In this document: positions 8,993 through 21,180 of the stretch, in pieces
Layout of the letters: each line of letters starts with the position of its first letter
How positions within the stretch are numbered: position 1 is the stretch's first letter
Assembly: GCA_026936335.1 (NCBI GenBank)
Contig: JAPMXV010000029.1
Location: 558,001-622,000 of the forward strand
Source of the DNA: Mantamonas sphyraenae STR306
Taxonomy: Eukaryota > Protista > CRuMs
Length of the DNA stretch: 64,000 nucleotides
Reading direction: 5' to 3'
The notes under the pieces: model-generated
Told to the model about the DNA's origin: nothing
Databases searched by the model: none
Seen by the model: only the letters and a program-made list of their open reading frames with translations
Translations under genes and position numbers: made by a program

Positions 8993-10834
8993 TCAGCCGC
9001 ACACGTCGTGGAAGCCCATGTACTTTTGCGAGCGGATCTTTCGCACAATGTTCCACGAGCCATCCACGGTCATAAAGGCACAGGACAGGCCGATGACGAT
9101 GGCAATGCTGAGCACAATATACGACGTCTTCTTGTGCTTCTGCACGTAGTGGTTGATCACCAGCTGGCCAGCAAGGGTGGACACAAAGCCCCAGCAAGCG
9201 TACCAGACGGCATAGTCCCACTGCAGCATGCCCAAACAGATGAACTGTACTGTGGTCGACGAAGACGTAAACAGAATCATAAAGGCACTTGTGGCGGCAG
9301 TCACCTCGGGCAGCATGCCCATCTCAAGCATGAGCGGGCCCTTGACCATGCCTCCGCCAATGCCCAGCAGACCCGCGGCAATGCCTGCCGTGGTGCAGAA
9401 TGCAGGGTACAGCCACACATTGCGCATGTTCCACTGCACGTCGCCCTCGTGAAAGTCGTAGCCCAGTTCGATTTTGCGCAGCCAACGGTTGTGCAGGCGC
9501 AGGCCCGTGAAGTACGTCAACACGAGCAGCAACGGGACGATTGACACAAACACAAGCCAGTACGTGGACGTGCCACACTTGATGCCCACCAAGGATGCTG
9601 CACCCTCGCCTCCCTTGAGCAGGGAGGTCGTCAGGATGCCCACCCAGCACAGAGCGAGGACAAGCACTGTGTTCCAGTTTGTGGTCGACTCCCGATGCTC
9701 AATCTGGTCCAACGTCAGCTGCCGGGGGTCATCCGACTCCTTCAGGTCGTCTGTGGTCAGTCGTGAGCTGTTCAATGCTTCGTTATCGTCCTCGTCGTAC
9801 TCCAATTCAAGAGGGCCCGAGACGTTCTCGCTCGCGAGCCCTCCCTTGGAGCGCACGTCCAGACGCACGTCACCCAGCTTGCTTGCTGCCCCGTGTTCCT
9901 CCTCTTGGTGCTCCTGCGCAACCTGGTGATACCCGGCACGTGTTTCCTGCACGTGCAGCCGATAGCCCTTCTGCGCCGTGCGCCACGTCGTCAGTCCCAG
10001 CACCAGCACAAGTAGAACCACCACCAGCCAGTCCGGAAACACCCGATTGAACAGCACTCCAATCAGAGTGCCACCCAGGGTCATCGGTTCCATCACTGCG
10101 GCCGTGTCAAAGTCAATCAGAGGCCGATTCGCCGTGGGATGCCTCCTGCCCAGGTTGAGCAGAAGGTTTGCGATCGCCCCGCCTGTCCCACACGTCCCAC
10201 AACCACCCTCGACGCCGTGTTAGTCTCCATTGCACCGTTTCCTCTGCCTCTCTCCTCGTTTGCTTCTCTGTGTGCGCTGCAAAAGGGCCCTACCGAAAAT
10301 CGTCGCCTTGCTGAGCGGAATCGCCGCCTGCGGAGGGAAGCCCATGGCCACGATGAACATGGGCACGAGCAAACCGCCGCCGCCAATGCCACCTCCTGCT
10401 GCCAGAGCACAGAAAACAATGGCCAGAATGGTGCCCAGCCAGTCGGATGCAAGGAAGTTGGGGAACAGTGGCTTGTGCTTGCACAAACTTCGGCCTGTAC
10501 TCTCTTGTTGCACACAGATCAGGTCCGGGTCACGGCACTGTTCGGTTGTGCTGCACATTCTGTGTGGATGAGGCCATGCACGTGCGTGCACCACCGTGGC
10601 GTCAGCTCCTGCGGGCGGCTGTCCGTTGCGTGACCCTCTTGACACCTCTCTCTCTTTGTCCGCTTACCCGCACGTGCCCTGCCCGTCCGTCGAGTTGGAC
10701 AGGCACACAAAGCCAAACTCGCAGTCCACCACTTGGTTGGCCACTTCGCACGAGTCTGGTGAAGGCGCAAACTTGGCCGTCGCCGCTGTGGCCAGTAAGG
10801 CCACCACAACGATTCCCAGGAAGACGCGAACCAT
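8993..10834 (-). CDS. TauE/SafE (sulfite exporter-like) membrane protein with signal peptide and Cys-rich N-terminus (multi-exon)
   Basis: AAGGGIGGGGLLVP, AAIPLSKATIFG, RPLIDFD..MMEPMTLGG, GLLGIGGGMVKGPLMLEMG..PEVTAATS. Confidence 0.88.
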
Positions 10835-10969
10835 TCGATTTGCTGTGGCTTCGCGTCCGCCTGCACCATCCACATGCTCCCAATCCTCATCCGGTTTCAT
10901 TCCCCATGCCTCCCTTCTCTTGTGCACATTGTTCATGTTGCAGGTTACAGCTCCGTGCATGCAGCCAGC

Positions 10970-12489
10970 CTAGAACAGCAGCGACTCGTTGAGACGCACG
11001 GGCAACTCTGGCAGCTTGTGCTCGGGCAGATCGGTCAGCTTCTCCAGCGTGAGGACATTGAACCGGAATGCCTTCATGGCCGACACGTTGTCCTGGAACT
11101 TCCACTGCGTCAGATTCTGTCGCAGCCTCTCCAGCAGTACGTCGTTGGCGTCCAGCAGGTCTTCAATCTTGCGTCCTCGTTCGTTCTTTACATTGTTGTC
11201 CACCAGCGACGTGGACATCGACCGTGCCCTTCCGTGCGACTCGTTCCTTCGTGACACGTTCTTCCCTGCCCGCTTGTCCAGTTGGTCGCTCTCCACCTGC
11301 CCTTCCATCCACTGGTACCGCATCGCCACGTCTCGCACGCTTTTGTTCGGCAGCATGAATGCAAGCTTGATGAATGCCTCCAACTCGTTCTCCGTCTGCT
11401 CCAGCAATCTGTGGTGCATTGGCAAAAACCGCAGCCGTGGGTGGCGGGCACACACGCGGGTGATGCCGTGTCAGTTTGCCGGGAGGAAGGTGGGTGGCCA
11501 TTTTCCAAGCCCCCGTTTGTGTTTTCCCTTGCGTTCTCAGCACAGCTTGCATGGTGGCTGCAACACGAACAGCCATCGTGCATCATGCACACATCCACGC
11601 TCACCGCACCCACACTCACACACGCTGCTTACCTTGGCAGCCTCGATTCCAGCGTCTGCTGCTCCTCAGAACTCCATTCCACCTTGGCCAGCTCGGTGGC
11701 CAGAGTCTTTTTCGCGCTGCTCTTCTTCTTCTTCCTCCGTGTTCCCTTGCCTCCCTTGCCCTTGTTCCCCGACTTGCTCGACCCCTTCTTCTTGCCTTTG
11801 GATCCAGATGATGACGATGATTCGCCTGACGGCGAGGGCGTTTTCGAAGGCGACGACGACATCGACGTCTTGTGCTCTGTGTACATGTTGCTCAGTCCCC
11901 TGCCCGTCAGCATGGACGAGCGCTCATCACGGTTGGGCACCGAGTTGGCCCTTCGCCGTGTGGATGTCAACACCTGCTGGCGCAGCGAGCGTATTTCCGG
12001 GGCAGGTTTGTGTCGCCGATGCAAGTCCCGTTCCATCATCTGTGCAAACGGCTCCGACGCCATGTAGCCACCTGACCCGCCCCCACGTATGGACATTCCC
12101 CGATCATCGTCGTGGGATGTGTGTATGCTGCTGCCCATCAGGCCGCTGTCCTCGTCCATGGCGTCGCTGTTGCTGCCGGACAGGTCTCCGAGACCCAGGC
12201 CAACGCCGAGTTCGATGCCCAGCGCCAGTGTCGCGTCGTCGATGTCCAGGTCAAACACGTCCGACGAGTCCATGTCTCCTTCCACCGGCTGTCGCAATGG
12301 CGACTGGGTTGTCGACTCGCTGTATTCCGACGAAAAGTCACTCCACGTGTCGTCCTGGTCACGCATCTCACTGAAGGCCCTCCCCGCACGTCCGTCCCTG
12401 CCCTCTGCAAACTCCTCCAGTGCAGGCACTGTAATGTCTGCGTGCTCGTCTTCCTGCTCGTCCGCAAAGTATGGCTCGTCGATGTCCAT
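10970..12489 (-). CDS. Myb/SANT-like DUF3755-type protein (2 exons)
   Basis: WSSEEQQTLE ... FIKLAFMLPNKSVRDVAMRYQWM ... LLDAN..LERLRQNL...LPELPVRLNESL. Confidence 0.65.
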
Positions 12490-12558
12490 TGTCCTCGCGA
12501 ACGACGAATTTCTGGCGGCCCCAGCGCAGCCAGCCAAACCCTTTCCGCCCCCAGGTCC

Positions 12559-13490
12559 ATGTCGTCCACTGCGCAAGACGACGCAGACACTGCAGAGGCC
12601 TCTTCACCCTCTTCCGCCTCCTTCAGTGACTACTACAAGGAGTACTACCTCAGCATGGAGTACAAGGCCCTCTGCGAGAACACCACCCAAGGGGTGTACG
12701 TCGTTCCGGCCTACGAAGCCCAAGGTGAGGACTCACACACCGTACCTTCTTGCCCTTGTCTCTCTGCACCCGGCTGCTCCCCCAGCACCCTTTCCTCTCT
12801 GACCGCCCACTGTGTGTGTCCCATGTTCCCCCATCGCTCACACGGCCCTCCCGCAGAATGGCACGGCGTCCTCTTTCTCAAGAACGGGCCCTACCGCGGC
12901 GGCATCTTCAAGTTTAGCATCATGCTGCCCAGCGAGTGAGTGTGCATCCCCTCCCCCGTTTCCCCTCATCCCCATTCGATCCCGCGTGCTCGGTTCTCAC
13001 ACTCTGTCGTCTGACCAGCTTCCCCAACGCTGTACCGGAAGTCAAGTTCTTCTCGCGGGTCTACCATCCGCAGATCGATCCACGAGAGGGCTGGCTCAGT
13101 CTGGACGCCGCCTTTCCCGAGTGGACGCCCAATCACAGCCGCCTGTACGAGCTTGTGGCCCACGTCAAAGACATCTTTGTGCACGTCAGCGCCGAACAGC
13201 CGTACAACGCCGACGCCGCCAAACTGCTCGACAGCGACAAGCAGGCCTTTCAAAAACAAGTGGTGGCCTGTGTCAAGGAAAGCATCGACAACAGGTTCCT
13301 CAACATGCATGACTCCCACCTCACCTTTTCCCACTGGGACGAACAGCTCTACGAGCCCCTCCTCAACAAAGTCCTCGGCCGCACCTCCTCCACCTCCTCC
13401 TCTGTACAGAAAGACGGCAACAACGGCACCAATGACGATGGTTCCAACAACACAGAACAAGACTCGGGCTGGTTTGGCGGCTGGTTTTGA
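12559..13490 (+). CDS. AKTIP: AKTIP/Ft1/crossbronx-like inactive ubiquitin-conjugating (UEV) protein (multi-exon)
   Basis: EYYLSMEY..GVYVVP, WHGVLFLKNGPYRGGIFKF, VYHPQIDPREGWLSL (no catalytic Cys). Confidence 0.75.
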
Positions 13491-13525
13491 TGCAGCCCAG
13501 CACATGAAACGGGACGTTGATCTCA

Positions 13526-14653
13526 TCACTCTTCTTCCTTGGCAGCACCAACCAGCTCACGCAGCCCATCCAGCAGCATGTCGATGTGCTCATCTGTGAT
13601 CTGGTAGTGCGTCACCAGACGGTTCCCGTAGCCACTCATGCCGTCGATGACGACGCCGTGCTTGTCCTTGAGCTCCTGCGCAGCATGAGCCCAGTCCAGT
13701 CCCAGCTCCGTCGAGTCCACAAACACCACGTTGGTGTCTGGTTCTTGGTCCTCGTCGAAGGCCACGCCGCCTGCGTCAACCAGCTTGAACCCCATGCTGC
13801 GCAGTCCCTTGGCGAGAGTCTTTGCGCGTGCGTGGTCTTGCTCCATGAGAGGCCAGTGCTCCTTGATGCCATACAGTCCTGCTGCAGCCAGCATGCCAGC
13901 CTGACGCATGCCTCCTCCCATGCTCTTTCGAGCCTCGCGACAAATGTCCACAAAGTCCTTGTCGCCCACAATCACAGCTCCACACGGGGCTCCCAGGCCC
14001 TTGGACAGACACAACGCTGCACTGTCCACGCAGGCATAATACTCCTTCAGCGTCGTGCCTGTCGCCGCTACGCTGTTCCACACCCGGGCTCCATCTGCGT
14101 GGACTTGCACCCCGTGCGCCTGAGCCACAGCGTAGATGGCCTGCATGTGCTCCAGCGTCATTGGCACGCCCCCCAACGGGTTCTCCACAAGGATGAGCGT
14201 GGTGATGGGCGTGTGAAAGTCGTGCGTGCTGTGGATCTCGCTTTCAATCTGCTCAGCCGTCAGGTGCCGTTCGCCCTCCAGCGGCAGCAGCGGCTTGGCT
14301 TGGATGTGCGAGTGCACCGCCAAACCACTCAGCTCGTGGCAATACATGTGTGCACGCTTGTCCACAATCACCTCCTTGAACAGCTCGGGTCTGCGCACCG
14401 TGTGCACCTTTGCGCAGATCTGGTTGCCCATGCACAGCGTAGGCACAAACAGACCGGCCTCCTTCCCACACAACTCCGCTACATACTCTTCCAACTCCTT
14501 TGTCGTCGGATCCTCCTGCATCACGTCGTCTCCCACCACAGCCTCCATCATTGCCTTTTTCATCCCGTTCGTTGGCACAGTCACCGTGTCTGAGCGGTAG
14601 TCCACCAGAAGCTCCTGGTTCACGCTCATATCAGCCGTCTCGCTTGTGCTCAT
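13526..14653 (-). CDS. Low-specificity L-threonine aldolase (GLY1/LtaE family)
   Basis: [36 protein letters not shown] (PLP lysine), GGGMRQAG. Confidence 0.93.
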   Translation of the reverse strand: MSTSETADMSVNQELLVDYRSDTVTVPTNGMKKAMMEAVVGDDVMQEDPTTKELEEYVAELCGKEAGLFVPTLCMGNQICAKVHTVRRPELFKEVIVDKRAHMYCHELSGLAVHSHIQAKPLLPLEGERHLTAEQIESEIHSTHDFHTPITTLILVENPLGGVPMTLEHMQAIYAVAQAHGVQVHADGARVWNSVAATGTTLKEYYACVDSAALCLSKGLGAPCGAVIVGDKDFVDICREARKSMGGGMRQAGMLAAAGLYGIKEHWPLMEQDHARAKTLAKGLRSMGFKLVDAGGVAFDEDQEPDTNVVFVDSTELGLDWAHAAQELKDKHGVVIDGMSGYGNRLVTHYQITDEHIDMLLDGLRELVGAAKEEE

Positions 14654-14852
14654 GCTTGTTCTTCTTGTCTGTGTGTTGAGAAAGAGGATGGTCCCACCGA
14701 CGCGGCGCGGCCACGGCCGTTTGCAATTCCTGGTTTGCCGTTGGAGGGTATGGGCATGCAGGTACGCCAAATGGAGGCGAATGCATGTGGTGGTGGAGAT
14801 GACACAGCTCATCTGTCCCACCTGTGCTGCCATTGGACCAACCAGTTCCTTC

Positions 14853-15842
14853 ATGTTCTCGCGAGCAGCAGCAGGTCCAAGCAGGACCGTATTTGACGGT
14901 GCACTGCAAGCAACGCGCAACAATGCATTCCAGGGCTTGGCTACTGTGCGCACGTTGACGATAGACACGGCGGAGCGCAAGTCGGAAGCGAATCGCAACA
15001 CGACCCACTTTGGGTTCAGTGAGGTGGATGTGGAACAGAAAAAGGACATGGTTGGCGAAGTGTTTCACAAAGTGGCCGACAAGTACGATCTCATGAACGA
15101 CGTCATGAGTCTGGGCGTACACAGGTTGTGGAAGGACTACTTTGTCTCCCGTGTGGCTCCGGAGCCTGGTCAAACGATCCTCGACATGGCTGGTGGAACA
15201 GGTAGGTGGTACTCAGCCTCTTCTTTCCATCTCCCGCCCTCTTGCTGTCCATCCCGCTGACCTCGTCCAGGTGATATCGCCTTTCGCATGATCGACGAAT
15301 TGGCGACGACCGAGCCCGCGCGCGGCTCGACGCAGCAGGATTCGCACGTCATCGTGTCTGATATCAATCCCTCCATGCTCCAGGTTGGCAAGGAACGCAT
15401 GCGCGCTCGCCATGTGCCTCAGAACGTGCAGGTCTCTTGGCTCGAGGCCGACGCCGAGAACTTGCCCCTGCAGGACAATGCCATCGACGTGTACACTATT
15501 GCCTTTGGCATCCGCAATGTCACTCGAATCGACCAAGCCCTCCGCGAAGCACACCGTGTTCTTCGTCCCGGTGGCCGCTTCATGTGCCTCGAGTTTTCCG
15601 AGGTGGAACAACCACTCCTCGAGCGCATCTACGAAGCGTACTCATTCAACGTCATCCCGCCCATGGGTGAGTTGGTGGCCAACGATGCAGAGAGCTACCA
15701 GTACCTTGTCGAGTCCATCCGTCAGTTCCCCAACCAGGTCGCCTTTTCACAGATGATTGAGGAGGCCGGGTTCCAGGGCGTCACCTTTGAGTCGCTCACC
15801 CTTGGTGTCGTTGCCATCCACACGGGCATCAAGTGGTGGTGA
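14853..15842 (+). CDS. COQ5: COQ5/UbiE C-methyltransferase (2 exons, mitochondrial presequence)
   Basis: [38 protein letters not shown]|[27 protein letters not shown]; intron ~15202-15270. Confidence 0.93.
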
Positions 15843-15963
15843 CATGGAGCACACAGACAACGAGGTGAACTGAAAAAAACAAAGACCACGGCAATGGACA
15901 ACCGATGCGTTCAGTTCGATTGTTCATTGTGAACCGTGCATGTCGTCTCCGCACACACCACTC

Positions 15964-17108
15964 TCACCACAGCATGTCTGAAATGCGTCCGTTTTGTTTC
16001 TTGACTCGAGATGATGCAGAGGTGACGCTGCGATCGAGTTCGTCCAGGATCTCGTTGTGTTCGTCCAGTTCGTGGCCGATCTCCAGACCCATGTGCTTGA
16101 GCTCACTCACTGCCGAAGCTATACTTTCCACCCGTTGTTCTTGGTCTTGTGTCAGACCGCTGCTGCTTTCTTGCTTCTGCACTTGCCCACCCGCACTCTC
16201 AAACACGTCTGTGCGTTCGGTGCCGCTGCGGTGATCGACCACACGCACACTCTGCTGCGACGCGCTCCCCCTTCGGCTGTTGCTCTCAGCCTCAATCTTC
16301 TGTACACGTGCACTGCTTGACGACTCAGTGCCAGCCTGCTGCTCGGGCGGGCCGTAGAAATAGTTCCCCACCTGCCCCCACCACGACTCGATCGTTGTCA
16401 TGTAGTAGTCTGCATAGTTCATGCTGTCTTCGATTTGGTCCAGCTGCTTCGCTGTTCGCTTCAGCGTCTCCTTCTGCGCCTGCAGGTCGTCCAGAATCGA
16501 CGCACCCACATCCCTGCTTTCCGCAGCCATGGCTTCTGTGTGCTCCAGTCCTGTGTGTTTGCGGTGTGTTGATTGGACGTGTTAGTCTCTCCGACACTCA
16601 CACCTGTGCTCTGGTCGGGGCTGTGGCATGTGTCCACGCGGTCACCTACGCGAGTCGATCCGTTCGCTCGGCGAATTCTCTACAGGTTGGTACGCGCCCG
16701 CAAACAGTTCCCTGCGTTGTGCATCCTGTGTCCACCTGTCCATGGTGCTTTTGATCAGAGTCACAGCGCTGGAGGCCCTCCCTCCCATCTGCACCTCCCA
16801 CACACCGTCCCGTCGTGTGGAAATGACCACCACCGTTCTGCTCCCTTCCTTGAGCTGGACAGACTCCACTTCATCAAAGGAGACGTCGCACACCGCCTTC
16901 CCCAAGCCTGATTCCATGCTTAAGCCTCCTGCACACACCGTAAGGGTTCCTGCATACTCCTCATTCGCCTCGACGTCGACCAGGGTGCTTCGGTCAAACT
17001 CTGCGTGCCAACCGCGCGCGTGTCAGCCTCCATCACTCTTGCGATCTCTCAAACGTGCCCCTTGCATCGTCTCTGTCGGTCCCACGTACTGGCGATACGT
17101 CTGTTCAT
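15964..17108 (-). CDS. Qbc (SNAP-25-like) SNARE with N-terminal extension (multi-exon; 5' end uncertain)
   Basis: Two SNARE coiled coils (ESRDVGASILDDLQAQKETL; LKHMGLEIGHELDEHNEILDEL) in ORF 15964..16530; upstream exon 16642..~17000 joined through GT-AG. Confidence 0.7.
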
Positions 17109-17171
17109 GCGAGGGGGGGGGTGCGGTGTTTCGTTGCGGCCGCTGGGGCAAAACCCCTCGACCCTCACGGC

Positions 17172-19865
17172 ATGCGCAAGCTGTTTGTGGTGATTGAGGA
17201 GGCGTCGGTGAAGAAGAAGGGCACCTACTTTGTGGTGGTGCACCTTGGCCACCTTCACGCGATGCTCCCCAAGCAGCGCAACAGGACAGAGGTGGTCACG
17301 GATTCCAAGAAGGCCAAATTCGAGCAGCACCACTTCCCGTTTGACCTGCCCTACGAGCTCACCCTCAGCCACGAGCCCCACCTGCTCTTTGAGCTACTCA
17401 CCATCGACCTGGAGGCGACGTCGAGTGGGGCCACCCTCCTCGCTGCAGGTCGTTTCGACCTACCCATGAAGAAATTGAGCAACGGGTACAGGTACGTGCA
17501 CAGAGCGATCCCCACAATCCACACAGGACCCAGCTGACACCCCTCGCTGCTCTGTGTGTCCCACCCCTTGCCAAATTCTGAATGCACGTGTCCACAGGGC
17601 CCTTCTTAAGATCCCTCTGGTGCTGGTCGACACAGAGGAGAGCGCTGGTTTCGTGCGTTGCTCGCGGCTTGCTTCCCGCGCGGCATCCCCCCAGACACAC
17701 CCCGGCACACTCACACCAAGCCACACGCGACTCCCCATTGCCTCTGTACACGGCGTGGATACACACACCCGCTGTGGATACTCTTACTACCGGGCACATC
17801 GCACAGATCAAGGTCGTAGTTCGGCTAGAAGAGACGGTGGAGGAGTCGGACCCGGAGCTGATAGGCCCCATGCGAACAGAGTCTGCCCTGCACGTCTCTC
17901 CACGCATGTCGTCGTCGTCCAGAAACTCCAGAAAGACGCCCCTGAGTGTGGAACCACGGCTACCGGGCAAAGGCAAAGAGATTGCCCCCTTGGATATGGG
18001 AAGCAGCTCGGCGTTGTTTGTGCCGGCAGCACACATCGACCGCAAGAGCCCACGCGAACGAGCCCTGTCGCGCGAGAGTGCCATGCGATCGCCTTCTACG
18101 CGATCGCCCTCCATGGTCAACAGTCTCACCGTGGGTGGCAGTGTGTCTCGTGGCATGAGCTCGGCTGCCTCCAACGTCTCCTTTGTTCACTCTCAAGTCG
18201 GAGGCACCTCTGCCGCAGATACCAAACCTCTCAATGATGATCTCACACTGCGCAAATCGTACTATTTGCCAGCGCAGATGCTTGTGTATGCCCTGTTGCT
18301 GTCGGGGCCCTGTGTCGGCTGGCTCTTCTTCCAGGCCGCCTACTCGCAGAGCCTGCATGACAAAGATCCCTTTGTCGATATCAATTCCTACCCATCCCTG
18401 GAACGATGGCTCTACGCCGCAGAGACTCCCATTATTTCTGTGCGTTGATTATCGCCGCCTGTTTGCTTTGCCACGTTTGCCCACGGCCCACTGACACACA
18501 ACCATCCTTCGAACGGCGGCACCATCCCGCCTGCGCACAGATCACAAATTTCCTTTGCGTGGTTGTCCTCACCCTGCGCATGATGTACGGCCAGGAAAAG
18601 TGCAAATCTGTGCCGTTGCTGATAGGCTTGCCCGTCGCGCTGCTCTTGCTCGCCACAGAATTGGCGTGCGTGCTCATTGCGTATGCCGAGGAACCCAGTG
18701 TGCAGCCTGTGCTTCTGGGTGCCAGCTCCTACTCCATTGCTTCGGCCCTTGTGTATTTTCTGGTCGTCAGCCTCGCGTGCTGGTACGCAGCTTCCACGGT
18801 CGGGTTCCGAGCTTTGGACCCGGGCCTCGCTCTCAAGTTTACTCTTCCCTTTGTGCTCGACACCCTCCTCACGTTTATTGGCTACTATATCTTTCCGGTC
18901 ATGTTTGGGTACTCGGATTTCCTCAAGCTCGTCACAGCGGTCATCCAGCCCCTGTACTTTGAGCTGGTCGCATTCAGTAGGTTTCCGGCTGAGCCGGCGT
19001 GTTGTGTTGTGGTGTGGAAGCCCCGAGGGGCGGGATGACGCACAGAGTGTGGATGAGCAACTGACCACCGAAGGGGTTTCTGGAAACAGTCGTCCGCTCA
19101 AGCATGGGCATTCTGGACCCGACGATACCATTCAGCAGGCACCTGATGGTGTTTGCCCCCAATCTCTCGGGCTTGATGATGTCACGCTATCTGGTGTTGC
19201 AATTGACAGACTACTTTTTCGGGATGTTAATCACCATCGTGTTTACGCTGGCCGACTTTTTCGTACTGGTGATGATGCTGCGTCGCAACATCGTTGGCAC
19301 CCAATGGGCCATTCGATACGTTCAGCAGCCCCTCAAGGTGCGAGAAGAGGAGGCGGAGCGCTCGTACGACTTTCAGACGCCAACGCCGCGACCTATCTCC
19401 TCGGCCCTGGCCAGTTTGAGTCTGACTCGAGGGAACGCAGTGACGCCAATGGGCGTGTCGCCCAGCTCGGTGTCGTTGACGGGCAACACAGCTCCAGATC
19501 CGTTCCATCCGGACAAGCTGTTGAACGTGAACGCACAAAAGTTCCTCACGGCGGAATCGATTCTGGCACACACGCTTGCGTCGTTCTGCGCCTCTTTTAT
19601 CAGCTTTGCGTTTGTGTTGATTGTGCGAGCACAGCGTGATCCCAGCACAGACGCCAGTTTTGTGGCGACGCTGTTTTCGCTCAACCTTGGCCTGACTCTG
19701 GTGATGCTCGTGGCCAGCTTTCACTTTCTGGCCAAGTACCAGGACATCCCCATTGTGGAGGTAGCGTACTCGCTGCGTGGCAATATGAACTGGACGCACG
19801 CGGCCACCGTGTTTGCCCACAGCCAGTTTGTCCTCTTTGCCAACCTGGTGGTGTTTGTGAGGTGA
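17172..19865 (+). CDS. Hypothetical protein: N-terminal C2-like domain plus multi-pass membrane region (multi-exon)
   Basis: KLFVVIEEA...NRTEVVTDSKKAKFEQHHFPF (C2-like pattern); many hydrophobic segments in ORFs 17582, 18406 and 19104. Confidence 0.55.
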
Positions 19866-19978
19866 CCCAGAGCATGAATACAGTTACAGTGGGACCCATG
19901 CAACGAGGCGTGAGAATGAGGGACGCGCTGGTGTGCATGACGGCACAGGTCGAGCCGCAATGGAAATTTCGTTCTGCG

Positions 19979-20689
19979 ATGGCACGACCAGCAAAACACA
20001 CTCGCTTGGACCGTGGGCACCTGCAGCGCCACTGCCAATCTTGGTTGACATACGGCGTAGGGATTTCGACCATGGTGCTGCGAAAGATTGCTCGGCTTGG
20101 CCACCCGGTGCTGCGCAAAAAGGCTGTGCCGATTACCGAGGCGATGCTGGAGCACGAGGAAACGTTCAGTCTGATCACAGACCTTGTAGAAACGACACTG
20201 GATGTCAATGGATATGGGATGGCAGCGCCACAGATCTTTGAGTCCAAGCGTGTGGTCATTGTGGGCATGCCGCCCAATCCGCTGCTGGACAAGGTGCAGG
20301 AGCTGCCGCTAATGGCCTTTATCAATCCAGAGATCACCGTACTGTCGGACACGACATTGACAAGCTTTGAAGGATGCCTTTCGGTGCCAGGAATGCGTGG
20401 GCAGGTGGCACGACCGGACCGCATTCGGGTTGCTTTTCATGACTTTCTGGGCAACGCTCAGGAGATGGAAGCGCGTGGCTATGTGGCGAGCGTACTTCAG
20501 CACGAGTGCGACCACTTGGACGGAATCCTGTACACAGACAAGCTGGTGGCGCCAGAGACGCTGATGTTTCTGGAGGAACTGCAAGAGTACCACGTTGAGA
20601 AGCTGGAGGAGGAGGCAGACACTCTGTGGGGTGAATGGAAGTCTCTGTCGGGCGAGCTGCCCTCGCTGGAGGTGGAGTATGAAATGTAA
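19979..20689 (+). CDS. PDF: Peptide deformylase (organellar; start uncertain)
   Basis: GYGMAAPQI, EGCLSVP, QHECDHLDG motifs. Confidence 0.93.
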   Translation: MARPAKHTRLDRGHLQRHCQSWLTYGVGISTMVLRKIARLGHPVLRKKAVPITEAMLEHEETFSLITDLVETTLDVNGYGMAAPQIFESKRVVIVGMPPNPLLDKVQELPLMAFINPEITVLSDTTLTSFEGCLSVPGMRGQVARPDRIRVAFHDFLGNAQEMEARGYVASVLQHECDHLDGILYTDKLVAPETLMFLEELQEYHVEKLEEEADTLWGEWKSLSGELPSLEVEYEM

Positions 20690-21180
20690 CTGCGCCACAA
20701 TTGCGGTTGAAGAGGCAAGGGAACGACGAGAAGGACACAGAGTGATGTTCCGACGCACAGGAGGAGTACGTCAGGCGTTGCGCCAGGTGCAGCGCAGCAC
20801 ATCGAATGTGGCACCATCAATGAACATAGGTCGCACCAGCTTGCACACGAGTGTGCGTGTGTCGCGTGTAGGCGTGTCTCGCAGCACAGTGGGTGGAGCG
20901 GAGGAGGTGCCGACCAGTGCACTGCAGGCGTTGCCACGAATGGCATGGGTAAGTGGCGAGGGCTATTGCCTGCAAAGTGGACACACCACGCACACATGCA
21001 TGGGGTGTGGTGCAGTGACGAGAGATTCGTGTGGCCGGAAAGCGGCGGTGGGTGTGTCGCCGAATTTTCGTCGGCGCTGACGCAAAGGGGCCGTGTTCCG
21101 TTTTTTCCGTCGGCGGTCGATAGTCGGCAACACAGAGCACAGGCGAGACAGGGCTGAGGCCACTGTCTATATGTGGAGGC

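Noticed and set aside
14654-15049. N-terminal extension of the threonine aldolase ORF
   Set aside because: It is antisense to the COQ5 5' region and begins at a non-ATG codon; the real start is more likely 14653
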